Shown here: one piece after another, positions 1 through 8,966 of the stretch
Position numbering within the stretch: position 1 is the first letter of the stretch
How the letters are laid out: each line of letters begins with the position of its first letter
From: Erysipelotrichaceae bacterium MTC7
GTDB taxonomy: Bacteria; Bacillota_I; Bacilli_A; Erysipelotrichales; Erysipelotrichaceae
Direction: 5' to 3'
Length of the DNA stretch: 32,000 nucleotides
Assembly (NCBI GenBank): GCA_001695645.1
Contig: LVZN01000001.1
Coordinates: 120,001 to 152,000 of the forward strand
Made by a program: the position numbers and the translations under genes
The notes under the pieces: generated by a model
What the model saw: the letters and a program-made list of their open reading frames with translations, nothing else
Database searches by the model: none
Told to the model about the DNA's origin: nothing

Positions 1-268
1 TAGCAATTGTTGTTGCTGTAGTTTTTGATGCTTTCACTAATACTGGATAGATTTCCGTAAAAGCTGCATCTGCTTTTGTCATTGCTTGTTTCGTTAATGC
101 ATAAGCGTGCGTTGCTAGTTCTGTTGCAACAACACCGGCTTTAATTGCACAAACATTTGCCCAAGTGCTAGCAGCGCGTAATCCTAATTTAAAGTTATGT
201 AACAAAAATTCATTCATTTGCTTAACTTTTTGCGCCCCTTGCACGAAAGTTTTTTTTATTAAACTCAT
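1..268 (-). CDS. hypothetical protein, N-terminal fragment (gene continues past the left edge)
   Basis: ATG at 268 is preceded by a GAGGGGTG Shine-Dalgarno about 5 nt upstream. The minus-strand frame stays open to position 1 (89 codons, MSLIKKTFVQGAQKVKQMNEF...). It is absent from the ORF track because no stop lies in the window. No family recognised. Confidence 0.5.
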   Translation of the reverse strand, partial: MSLIKKTFVQGAQKVKQMNEFLLHNFKLGLRAASTWANVCAIKAGVVATELATHAYALTKQAMTKADAAFTEIYPVLVKASKTTATTIA

Positions 269-330
269 GTGTTCACCCCTCAGTGTTATCATTTGTTTCT
301 AAAATAATCGTATTGATTTTTACAAGTCCG

Positions 331-359
331 ATAATACCACATGGTAAGCGCTTCCACAA
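331..359 (-). promoter_or_regulatory. putative sigma-A promoter of the left-edge gene
   Basis: Minus strand reads TTGTGG (359..354), a 17 nt spacer, then the extended -10 TGgTATTAT (339..331). Confidence 0.4.
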
Positions 360-526
360 TGATATCCCAAAGTTTCACACATTTGTTTTGCCATTTTTTT
401 CCTGAATTTTTTTATACCCAAAACCGTGCAACATCTATCCCATTTTATTCCATAATTTTCCCTTAAAACACGCAAAAAGTGATGTTTTATGTTTGAAATA
501 TATAACTAAAATATCATCACTTTTGT

Positions 527-563
527 TAATAAAAAAGCATGATTTGACTGACCAACCATGCTT
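527..563 (-). terminator. intrinsic terminator after the RDD/PHP gene
   Basis: On the minus strand, AAGCATG (563..557) pairs with CATGCTT (541..535) around a 15 nt loop, followed by a T-run. It lies 11 nt past the stop at 575. A second 10 bp inverted repeat (AAAAGTGATG / CATCACTTTT, 475..524) lies further downstream. Confidence 0.5.
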
Positions 564-574
564 ACCTATATTCA

Positions 575-2116
575 TTATGTATTTGTCGATGTGAGGCTAT
601 AAGCTTCTACAAAGTTTTCCACCAAACGCTCTGCATTGACTGGACACGTTGTATGTCCAAGGATAAACTCTTTGCGTTTAGGTCCATGGTATTCACTACC
701 TGCACTCACAGCACAGTTGTAATGTTTGACCAAACGAAGCAAGAATTTCACATCGTTCTTGTTTTGTCTTGGCGTAAACACTTCCAATCCATCAACCCCT
801 TGTTCCAACAGTTCGCTGATGTATTCTGGATAATCTTTTAGATACACCATTGGATCTTCAAGCATGACCACACCACCTGTTGCTTTTACCAAAGCAATCA
901 TATCTTCTACTTTTGGTTGTGCAACTGGACAATACGCTACCGCTCCAGGAGCAAAAAAATCTTTGACAAAGTTTGCGATTGGTTTGTTTTTCTTATTTCC
1001 TGTGATGTATGGTGCAAAGAGTTTGTTGTCTTTGTAGTTCACGTTGTTTAGTACATACCGAGCGATAAGCTCAGGTGATGCCAGTTGAAAGCGATTGCCT
1101 TTCAACATTTGCTCGGTATCAATTTCAATTCCCGTAAACTCTTCAAAAAGATGGACACGACGTACACTACTCGCTTTCTCTTTCATTAAGTTTTCGTGTT
1201 CAAGAGTCACAAAACGCTCATCAGCAGCATCAATAAAATAACCCAAAATGCGCATATGAACGCCTTTGTAGTTACAATCAATCGAGATCCCTGGAATGTA
1301 ATCAATCCCGTATAGCGGTGCTAAGCTTTTTGCTGAATGATTGGCTTTGGCACTGTTGTGATCCGTAATGGAGATCGTTTTTAAGCCCGCTTCTTTTGCT
1401 CGCGTTAACAGATCTTCTACATTCACTTCTCCATCATGAGAGAACGTTGAAATCACATGTAAATCAATGGTGTTTTCCGTTTTAGGAATGATGGTTTCTG
1501 TAGGTTTTACAGCTTCTACATCTTCTCTACGCACTTGATCATTCAAACATACTACCTTTGTTTTCAAGATAAAATCAATGATGCTACGGTGTCTTCCATC
1601 TACGAAGACTAGCAAACCATCAAGCACAAGAAATACAATAACGCCTAATGTTCCATTGGTAAACAAGGAAAAGATGGCGTAGCATGCCAACATCGGTAAT
1701 ACCTTTCCTAAGAGTTCACGCAAGATTAAAGTTTTTCTTGAACACTCACTATTGTCAGCATTCACAACTTTTAAGCGCATTGCTATTTTACCAAAACTTT
1801 GACCCTTAAAAACCACAGATAAGTATGTGTTTGCAACTACCATAAAAATAACCATCAAAACAACTGTCACAATGGACACAAAATTTAACAACCCAACACT
1901 GATGAATCCACTACTTGTTAGGATGAAAACAATCAACCATAATTGTACTGGCAATAACATCAACGCGATATCACCAAACTCGGCAACCAAACGCAGCCAT
2001 AGATTTTTGCGGGTAAAGTTTTGTGCGACGTATCGTCCATAGCGATCGTAGTCACTTGAACGTTGTTGTAAACGCTTTTGGAGCGTTGCTTTTTTCCCTT
2101 GCATCGAATTTGTCAT
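575..2116 (-). CDS. membrane RDD-domain protein fused to a C-terminal PHP-family phosphoesterase domain
   Basis: 513 aa ORF. The N-terminal half has multiple TM helices and RDD-type motifs (FKGQSFGKIAMRLKVV...RKTLILREL...IDFILKTKVV). The C-terminal half starts with the PHP signature IDLHVISTFSHDGEVNVEDLLTRAKEAGLKTISITDHNS. Its ATG overlaps the upstream stop (ATGA, 2113..2116). Confidence 0.8.
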   Translation of the reverse strand: MTNSMQGKKATLQKRLQQRSSDYDRYGRYVAQNFTRKNLWLRLVAEFGDIALMLLPVQLWLIVFILTSSGFISVGLLNFVSIVTVVLMVIFMVVANTYLSVVFKGQSFGKIAMRLKVVNADNSECSRKTLILRELLGKVLPMLACYAIFSLFTNGTLGVIVFLVLDGLLVFVDGRHRSIIDFILKTKVVCLNDQVRREDVEAVKPTETIIPKTENTIDLHVISTFSHDGEVNVEDLLTRAKEAGLKTISITDHNSAKANHSAKSLAPLYGIDYIPGISIDCNYKGVHMRILGYFIDAADERFVTLEHENLMKEKASSVRRVHLFEEFTGIEIDTEQMLKGNRFQLASPELIARYVLNNVNYKDNKLFAPYITGNKKNKPIANFVKDFFAPGAVAYCPVAQPKVEDMIALVKATGGVVMLEDPMVYLKDYPEYISELLEQGVDGLEVFTPRQNKNDVKFLLRLVKHYNCAVSAGSEYHGPKRKEFILGHTTCPVNAERLVENFVEAYSLTSTNT

Positions 2117-2436
2117 AGATCCTCCTGCGACTTCTTACGAACTTGATAGTTTAAGAAATGGAAATAAAATCCTAAATAGCACAAGATGCGATAGAGCAAC
2201 CGTGCACTTCCTAAGATGATCAACATTTTTAGAAAAATGTCTTCAGTGGGTAATATCCGTATACTTACAAACATAGCGAACATGACAGAAACAAATGGAA
2301 ATAACATATACCATTTCCAAGACTTTGCATCTAGTTCATATGGTGTTTGACAATGTTCACACTTTATATGCGTAAACATAAATTTCTTTCTTGTTGTGAT
2401 GTCTTTTTGACATACTTCGCATGTTTGAATTTTCAT
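2113..2436 (-). CDS. small zinc-ribbon membrane protein (CxxC-x16-CxxC followed by two TM helices)
   Basis: 107 aa. It has CEVC...CEHC at residues 6-29 followed by two hydrophobic helices. A GGAGAA RBS precedes ATG 2436. It resembles the cxxc_20_cxxc small-protein family (from memory). Confidence 0.65.
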   Translation of the reverse strand: MKIQTCEVCQKDITTRKKFMFTHIKCEHCQTPYELDAKSWKWYMLFPFVSVMFAMFVSIRILPTEDIFLKMLIILGSARLLYRILCYLGFYFHFLNYQVRKKSQEDL

Positions 2437-2472
2437 AAGTTCTCCATAATTATATCATGTATAGACAAAAAG

Positions 2473-3243
2473 CTATAGTTTGAAAAAACGCTTGTAGTTT
2501 TCTTGCATTTGGTCTGCCAGTTGCTTTGCATCTACACCCAAAAGTTCAACCAACTTAGCAAATGTATAGCTTGCATACATCGGTTCATTTTCTTTTCCGC
2601 GAAACGGATGTGGAGTTAAAAATGGACAGTCTGTTTCAATAAACATTTTATCCATTGGTACAACTGCAGGAACCTCTAATAAGCCTCGTGCATTTTTAAA
2701 CGTTAGTGGACCAGCAAATGAAATATATCCGCCCATCGTAACAACCACTTTGGCAGTTTCTTTGCTCCCACTAAAACAGTGCATTAAAAACTTGGTTTTG
2801 CAATGTTCTTCAATCAGCTCCAATGTATCTTTTGTCGCATCACGCATATGGATTAAAATCGGATAGTCATAGGTGTTTGCAAGTTTCATTTGTCGAATAA
2901 ATAACTCTTTTTGCATTTCTACATCCGTTCCCTCATAGTGATAATCCAAACCAATTTCACCAATAGCAACAATCTCATGCTGCTTGCATGCTTGTTCCAA
3001 CCGTTCATGATCAGTTTCGCTAATGTCAAACAGATCACTTGGATGAAACCCCAAAGCAATATCAAGCAACTTTGGATATTTCTTTTGAATGATTAAGGCA
3101 CGATCAAATTCTTCTATGTTTGTGCAAATACATACAATTTTATTAAATCCTGCATCAAGTGCATGTTCAACAATTTCATCCACACGTTGATACAAGCGAT
3201 CAAAGGTTAGATGTGCATGGGTATCAATTAATGAATAATTCAT
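2473..3243 (-). CDS. tatD: TatD-family metal-dependent hydrolase / DNase
   Basis: Motifs IDTHAHL, GEIGLDYHY, HCFSG and ETDCPFLTP are present. I chose ATG 3243 (MNYSLIDTHAHL) over the track start at 3267, because 3267 would overlap mnmE and adds 8 non-conserved residues. Confidence 0.9.
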   Translation of the reverse strand: MNYSLIDTHAHLTFDRLYQRVDEIVEHALDAGFNKIVCICTNIEEFDRALIIQKKYPKLLDIALGFHPSDLFDISETDHERLEQACKQHEIVAIGEIGLDYHYEGTDVEMQKELFIRQMKLANTYDYPILIHMRDATKDTLELIEEHCKTKFLMHCFSGSKETAKVVVTMGGYISFAGPLTFKNARGLLEVPAVVPMDKMFIETDCPFLTPHPFRGKENEPMYASYTFAKLVELLGVDAKQLADQMQENYKRFFKL

Positions 3244-3251
3244 TTCATTTC

Positions 3252-4580
3252 CTACTTTCCTAAACAAAATTTCGAGAATAAAGTATCTAGCAAATCATCT
3301 TTACTTACTTCACCTAAAATTTCTTTCAAACTATAATACGCATCTTGTAAGTCGATGGTAACCAAATCCAATTCGTATCCTTGTTCCAACGCTTCACGAG
3401 CTTTGACTAACGATACTTTTGCTTTTGCCATCAAAGATAACTGACGTTCATTTTGTAACATTGGCATTTGGTATGCTTGGTGGAACGCTTGGTATTTTTC
3501 ATTTAACGCATCCATCAGTGCATCTACATCTCCATCTTTTGCCGAGATGTTTATACCGTTATGTGCTTTTTCATCTTTCTTATTGTAGATGAGTAAGCGT
3601 TCTTTACCTTCGCTAATAGCAAGCAAGGCTTCATCTTGTGCATCAAGTGGTTGGCTACCATCAAAGACAACAAGTACCAACGCTGCTTCTTCCACCATTT
3701 TACGTGAACGATCAATTCCAATTTTTTCTATGGTATCGTCACTTTCACGGATTCCTGCAGTATCGATTAGATGTAAAGTTACATTATCCAAACGAATACT
3801 TCCTTCTACAATGTCGCGTGTCGTTCCTTCAATATCTGAAACAATCGCTTTATCTTCTTCAAGCAATGCATTTAACAAACTTGATTTTCCAACATTTGGT
3901 TTTCCAATAATTGCAGTTTTGATACCTTCACGTAAGATTTTACCTGAATTGGCACGACGAAGCACTTCATCGATGTCTTGCAATAAGTCGATGGTTTTTG
4001 GCAACAAAATCTCCGCAGTTAACAATTCCACATCATCGTATTCTGGGTAATCAATATTTACTTCAATATTTGCAATAATATCCAACAGTTTTTCTAATAA
4101 GGGATCCATCACTTTAACCACACTACCTTGAATGGCTTGAATGGCCATCCGCGCATTGTTTTTGTCTTGGGCAAACACCATATCATGAATTCCCTCAGCT
4201 TTAGTTAAATCCATTTTGCCATTCAGATATCCACGTTGACTGAACTCTCCTGGACTAGCCATACGCGCACCATTTTCTAGACATAAACGTAGGATTTCTT
4301 TGGTGATGTACGAACCACCATGGCAATTGATTTCCAACATATCTTCACCTGTATATGTTTTTGGTGCTTTAAACAAAGAGAGCAACACTTCATCAACGCG
4401 TTCCCCTGTTTTTGGATCAAAAATAAAGCCATAGGTAATCGTATGACTATCTTTTTTGGCTAAGTCTTTATGTAATAATGTACTTGCGATTTCTATAGCA
4501 TCTGGACCACTCATTCGAACAATGGCAATTGGGCCTTGTTGGAGGGCGGTTGCAATCGCGACAATCGTATCTTGGAACAT
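3252..4580 (-). CDS. mnmE: tRNA modification GTPase MnmE (TrmE)
   Basis: N-terminal DTIVAIATA, G-domain motifs GKPNVGKSSLLNAL / DIEGTTRD / DTAGIR / NKKD, and the C-terminal FCLGK tail. Start set at ATG 4580 (MFQDTIVAIATA) with a GGAG RBS. The track start at 4655 adds 25 unlikely residues. Confidence 0.95.
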   Translation of the reverse strand: MFQDTIVAIATALQQGPIAIVRMSGPDAIEIASTLLHKDLAKKDSHTITYGFIFDPKTGERVDEVLLSLFKAPKTYTGEDMLEINCHGGSYITKEILRLCLENGARMASPGEFSQRGYLNGKMDLTKAEGIHDMVFAQDKNNARMAIQAIQGSVVKVMDPLLEKLLDIIANIEVNIDYPEYDDVELLTAEILLPKTIDLLQDIDEVLRRANSGKILREGIKTAIIGKPNVGKSSLLNALLEEDKAIVSDIEGTTRDIVEGSIRLDNVTLHLIDTAGIRESDDTIEKIGIDRSRKMVEEAALVLVVFDGSQPLDAQDEALLAISEGKERLLIYNKKDEKAHNGINISAKDGDVDALMDALNEKYQAFHQAYQMPMLQNERQLSLMAKAKVSLVKAREALEQGYELDLVTIDLQDAYYSLKEILGEVSKDDLLDTLFSKFCLGK

Positions 4581-4607
4581 ATCATTTTCTCCATTTTCGT
4601 GTATCCT

Positions 4608-4616
4608 ATTATACCA
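4608..4616 (-). promoter_or_regulatory. extended -10 element (TGgTATAAT) upstream of mnmE
   Basis: Minus strand reads TGGTATAAT about 28 nt upstream of ATG 4580. No good -35 is present. Confidence 0.4.
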
Positions 4617-4639
4617 CATTAGGAAAGTGAATATAACGC

Positions 4640-4667
4640 TTGCACTTTTAGTCAAATTCCTTATAAT
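4640..4667 (+). promoter_or_regulatory. putative sigma-A promoter of the FAD oxidoreductase gene
   Basis: TTGCAC (4640..4645), a 16 nt spacer, then TATAAT (4662..4667). A GGGGGTAAG RBS precedes ATG 4689. Confidence 0.5.
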
Positions 4668-4688
4668 ACCAATGGGGGTAAGATAACC

Positions 4689-6065
4689 ATGAAATATGAC
4701 GTAATCATCGTTGGGGCTGGTCCTGGAGGGATTTTCTCTGCACTAGAACTAACAAGAAAAAACAAAGATTTAAACATTTTAGTATTGGAAGCAGGAAATC
4801 CGCTTAGCAAACGCCACTGTCCAATTGACGGGGTCAACATTCGAAGCTGTATTTCATGTCCAAGCTGTGACATCATGAAAGGATTCGGTGGAGCAGGTGC
4901 ATTCTCTGATGGTAAATACAACATTACCAACGAGTTTGGTGGAAACCTTCACGAATACGTAGGAAAACAAGAAGCACTCGACCTTATGAATTATGTCGAT
5001 GACATCAACATGGAATATGGTGGTGCAAGTGCACGTAAATTCTCTACTGCAAACTCAGATTTAAAGAAAAAATGCCTCCAAAATGAACTGCATTTACTTG
5101 ATGCACAAGTTCGTCACTTAGGGACCGACTTAAACTACATCATTTTGGAAAACTTATATAAAGAATTAGAAGATAAGATCACATGGAAATTCCATGCTTC
5201 TGTCACAAAAATTGAGAAACAAGGAGATCATGACTACCTTGTTTATGTAGGCGAAACTACATATGCATGTGATACATGTATCATCTCTACAGGACGTTCT
5301 GGATCAAAATGGATGCAAGCCATCTGTGACAACCTTGATATTGAAACACGTAGCAATCGTGTAGATATCGGGGTGCGTGTGGAACTACCCGCTGCAATTT
5401 TTGAAGATATTACAGATGAAGTGTATGAAAGTAAAATCATTTATCGCACCGAAAAGTTCCAAGACAAAGTTCGTACATTCTGTATGAATCCACGCGGAAT
5501 TGTTGTAAACGAAAATACAAATGGCGTGATCACCGTAAATGGTCACTCTTATGAAGATAAAGGATGTTTCTCAGAAAACACAAACTTTGCGTTACTTGTT
5601 TCAAATAAATTCACAGAACCATTTAAAGATTCGAACGAATATGGAGAAAGCATTGCGCGTTTGTCAAATATGCTAGCTGGTGGTGTTCTTGTACAACGCT
5701 TTGGTGATTTGATTCGTGGACAACGCTCTACACAACACCGTATCGATAACGGATTTGTAACACCTACACTGAATGCAACTCCTGGAGACCTAAGTCTAGT
5801 CATTCCTAAGCGCCAATTGGATGATATTATCGAAATGCTTTATGCACTAGATAAAATTGCACCGGGTACTGCAAGTGATGATACATTGCTTTACGGTGTT
5901 GAAGTAAAATTCTACAACTTACAAGTAGATGTTGATAACCAACTTGAAACAAAACACAAAGGACTCTACGTCATTGGTGACTGTAGTGGAGTTACCCACT
6001 CGTTAAGTCACGCAAGTGCAAGTGGTGTCTACGTTGCAAGAAAAGTTGCAACTGATTTAAAATAG
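4689..6065 (+). CDS. FAD-dependent oxidoreductase (COG2509-like uncharacterised dehydrogenase)
   Basis: 458 aa. It has an N-terminal dinucleotide fold (DVIIVGAGPGGIFSALEL) and a C-terminal GLYVIGDCSG motif. A C-x9-C-x2-C-x2-C cluster follows the first beta-alpha-beta unit. Confidence 0.8.
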   Translation: MKYDVIIVGAGPGGIFSALELTRKNKDLNILVLEAGNPLSKRHCPIDGVNIRSCISCPSCDIMKGFGGAGAFSDGKYNITNEFGGNLHEYVGKQEALDLMNYVDDINMEYGGASARKFSTANSDLKKKCLQNELHLLDAQVRHLGTDLNYIILENLYKELEDKITWKFHASVTKIEKQGDHDYLVYVGETTYACDTCIISTGRSGSKWMQAICDNLDIETRSNRVDIGVRVELPAAIFEDITDEVYESKIIYRTEKFQDKVRTFCMNPRGIVVNENTNGVITVNGHSYEDKGCFSENTNFALLVSNKFTEPFKDSNEYGESIARLSNMLAGGVLVQRFGDLIRGQRSTQHRIDNGFVTPTLNATPGDLSLVIPKRQLDDIIEMLYALDKIAPGTASDDTLLYGVEVKFYNLQVDVDNQLETKHKGLYVIGDCSGVTHSLSHASASGVYVARKVATDLK

Positions 6066-6125
6066 AAAAAAAGGGGCTGTGACAGATAGGCATATTTAGC
6101 CAAATCTGGAGCACAGCTCCTTTTC
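6066..6125. terminator. bidirectional intrinsic terminator between convergent genes
   Basis: GGGGCTGTG-A-CAGAT (6073..6087) pairs with ATCTG-GAG-CACAGCTCC (6104..6120). It is flanked by an A-run on the left and TTTT on the right. Confidence 0.7.
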
Positions 6126-6131
6126 ATTTGT

Positions 6132-7777
6132 TTATAATGATTTGCGGTAACGGTTTAATCTATATGCTAGATATAAACTTGCACCTGCAACAGCAACTAG
6201 CGTAGCAACTAAGGCTGTCGTGTTTTGCCCTGTGGCAACACTTGGTAGACCAACAACTTTGTCATCTTTTGGTGTTGGTTTTACATCAATGCTTGGCAAT
6301 TCTTTTACATACGAAACATAAATGTTTGTACATTCTGTAATATTTGTAAGTGCGTAAGCATCTTCAGTTAATGTTTTTGTATCAACTGCATTTGCTACTT
6401 CTTTTGCACCAACTGGGTATGTAGTCACAACTAAACCTTGAAGTTTGTCGTCTTTTGTCTTTGGTGCCCATGTAGCTGAGTGACTTGCACCATTACCTAC
6501 ATAGTATGCAGCAGAACCATATACGTTCTTAATTGTTGAGTTCTCGCATGAGTTCACAGTTACTTTGTGTGTTTTTGCCGAAACTGTATCTTCTAGAACA
6601 ATCGAACCTTCTGCATCTCCATATGTATAATCAAAAGTAATGACATGGTTAAATGCAGTATTTTTAAACTCTGCTTGTTTTAATTTTGCTGCTTCTGCTT
6701 GGTTAATTTTTAATTTGTATGAATATTTGTAAGTACTTGCTTTTGGACTCTTCACACTAAATTGTAAATTTTGTCCATCAACTTTTGCATTTTCAGTAGC
6801 TGATACCAATGCATCATTTACAACATTTCCATCAACGTCTTTTACGATTAGTGAGTCTACTACGTAATTAAAGTTTGTAGGAATATTCACTTTAACTGTC
6901 GCAGTATCTACTGTTGCTTTTGAAGATTCAACAAGAATTTCTTGTAACACACCTTCTAATGCATCTCCAGTTAATGGAATTAAATCACAACGGATGTTAA
7001 CCCCATTTGTAGCGGCAGTTGCTGCAAGTGCGTTTAGCGCATTTGCTCCAGTAGTTTGTTTCTCGTCAGCAAATCCAAGACCAATCAAACGATAGATTGT
7101 GCTCGTATTCGTAAGTGCATTAAAGTGGGCTGCCGTTTGATAAGCATATCCCCAGCTATCTTCTCCATCCGTGATAGCAATGATAACTTGCACACGGTCT
7201 GTACTTGATTTCTTTGCAATTAACTCTTCTGCTTTTTAACACCAGAACCTAAGAAAGTTCCACCTTCTTTATTGATGTTGTTTACATTTGTTATAAATGT
7301 ATCAATATCACTTGTAAAGCCGACAACTTCACTTGCATCAGTATCAAACTCTACAGCACCAACTGTATTTGCTGGATTGTTATCTAAAATATCTTTAGCT
7401 AATTTAATTGCGTTTGCCTTTACTACACCAGATCTTGAATCTTTGTCATCCGTTGCAGTTTTTTGTTCTCCCGATAAGTCCCAAGCCATACTACCTGATG
7501 AATCAATAACAAACATAACATCGATTGCTTTTTGTGATTCTTCACTTAGCTCACTTGGTACAACCTCGAATGATCCATCTACTGTATATGTATCATCAGC
7601 TTCAGATACATTATCAGTGATCGATAATGTTTCGCTTGCAGTAACGTAAGGATCTTCCTTAGCTACTGGAGCATTTGTTTTTGCCATCACATTTGTTGGG
7701 CATACTGCACATAGCGCAACAAAAAGAATCGCAAACAAGGCTACGACTTTTGTTAGCCCTTTTTGTGAATTTTTCAT
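6132..7777 (-). pseudogene. vWA-domain cell-surface protein interrupted by a 1 nt frameshift (track ORFs 7220..7777 and 6132..7193)
   Basis: The upstream ORF carries a signal peptide (MKNSQKGLTKVVALFAILFVALCAVCPTNVMA) and the MIDAS motif DVMFVIDSSGSM. The downstream ORF continues the same vWA fold (VIIAITDGED) and ends in a sorting-signal-like tail. The two frames meet at a T5 run (7233..7237, A5 on the coding strand). One extra A gives a continuous GVKKAEELIAKKSSTDRVQVIIAITDGED and a 548 aa product. Confidence 0.8.
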
Positions 7778-7861
7778 CTAAAATTCCTCCTTATAAAAAC
7801 ACATCTACATTATAACATATCTATTTATGATTTTATAAGGTTAATCAAAATTTTGAAAATC

Positions 7862-7889
7862 AAAAAACTCTCACCGTAATGATGAGAGT
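7862..7889 (-). terminator. intrinsic terminator after the aldo/keto reductase gene
   Basis: Minus strand reads ACTCTCA-9 nt loop-TGAGAGT followed by TTTTTG. It lies 9 nt past the stop at 7898. Confidence 0.7.
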
Positions 7890-7897
7890 ACATGTAC

Positions 7898-8827
7898 TTA
7901 TGGTAAAGCGTGTCCAATTGCATCAATGTAGATGTGATACCATTCTTCACGAGACAATTCAACCTTAGCCCCTTGGCACATTTCACGAAGATGATTCACT
8001 TTCGTTGTTCCAAAGATTGGTTGGAAATTTGCTGGGTGACGTAAGAACCACGCAATCACAACCGCGCTTTTTGTCACTCCATATTTTTTAGCATACACAT
8101 CCAATGTTTCATTCAGTTTAGCATAGTCAGGATTGTTTAAGAATGTTCCTTCTTCCCAACTTGCTTGCATAATACTCCACGGTTGGATCGTAATACCATG
8201 TAGACGACAATAATCCAAAATGCTACCATCATGGTCCACACTTTGATGTTCTTTCATATTTGTAAACAAGCCTTGTGTCATCATCAATGAGTGTACTGGG
8301 CTTAGTTGCAATTGATTGAACAATAACTTTTGCTTACAAGCACTTTGTAAAAGTTGCATTTGCATTGGGTTCATATTACTTACTCCAAATGCTTTTACTT
8401 TTCCAGCAGCTTCAAGTTCATCAAATGCTTGGGCAATCTCTTTTGGATCTGATAGTGTATCTGGACGGTGTAAAACAAGTACATCAAGGTATTCACAGTT
8501 CATGCGTTCAATACTTTGATTTACACTATTGATGATATGTTCTTTACTGAAATCAAAGTATCCAACATGTTCACCACGACGAATTCCGCATTTTGATTGA
8601 ATAATCATTTCTTTACGCAACTCAGGGTTTTGTTTTAATACTTCTCCAAATAGTTTTTCACTTTTTCCACCACCATAAATATCTGCGTGGTCAAAGAAAT
8701 TAATACCTTCTTTAAGTGCTTCTTTAACAAGCTCTGTTAAATCAACAACACTCATATCACTGATTCTCATACAACCGAAGGCAAGTTGGCTGACATGCAT
8801 TCCATTTTCTAAGTCTAAATATTTCAT
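7898..8827 (-). CDS. aldo/keto reductase (E. coli YdhF-like)
   Basis: DHADIYGGG, LVLHRPD, GVSN and a C-terminal ...AIGHALP, with strong overall resemblance to YdhF as I recall it. Start set at ATG 8827 (MKYLDLENG) behind a GAGGTGA RBS. The track start is 8860. Confidence 0.9.
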   Translation of the reverse strand: MKYLDLENGMHVSQLAFGCMRISDMSVVDLTELVKEALKEGINFFDHADIYGGGKSEKLFGEVLKQNPELRKEMIIQSKCGIRRGEHVGYFDFSKEHIINSVNQSIERMNCEYLDVLVLHRPDTLSDPKEIAQAFDELEAAGKVKAFGVSNMNPMQMQLLQSACKQKLLFNQLQLSPVHSLMMTQGLFTNMKEHQSVDHDGSILDYCRLHGITIQPWSIMQASWEEGTFLNNPDYAKLNETLDVYAKKYGVTKSAVVIAWFLRHPANFQPIFGTTKVNHLREMCQGAKVELSREEWYHIYIDAIGHALP

Positions 8828-8932
8828 CCTGTTCACCTCTTTGCATTCATCATAACCCAATCAAAGACAAAGTTCATTAGCAAAGCATCAAAATCACAAA
8901 AAAGACAAATATCTCACTAGTTTGTTCACCTC

Positions 8933-8960
8933 TTACAATGACAAGAATTTATGGTATCAT
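8933..8960 (+). promoter_or_regulatory. sigma-A promoter with extended -10, 6 nt upstream of ATG 8967
   Basis: TTACAA (8933..8938), a 16 nt spacer including TG, then TGgTATCAT (8952..8960), then ATCCTT, then ATG. No Shine-Dalgarno is present. Confidence 0.5.
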
Positions 8961-8966
8961 ATCCTT

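Noticed and set aside
3589-4050. Long antisense ORFs in the track, for example 3589..4050, 7272..7649, 14719..15039, 15221..15520, 21683..22000 and 31440..31862.
   Set aside because: Each lies fully inside a well-supported gene on the other strand, has no RBS and gives a low-complexity translation. I treat them as shadow ORFs.
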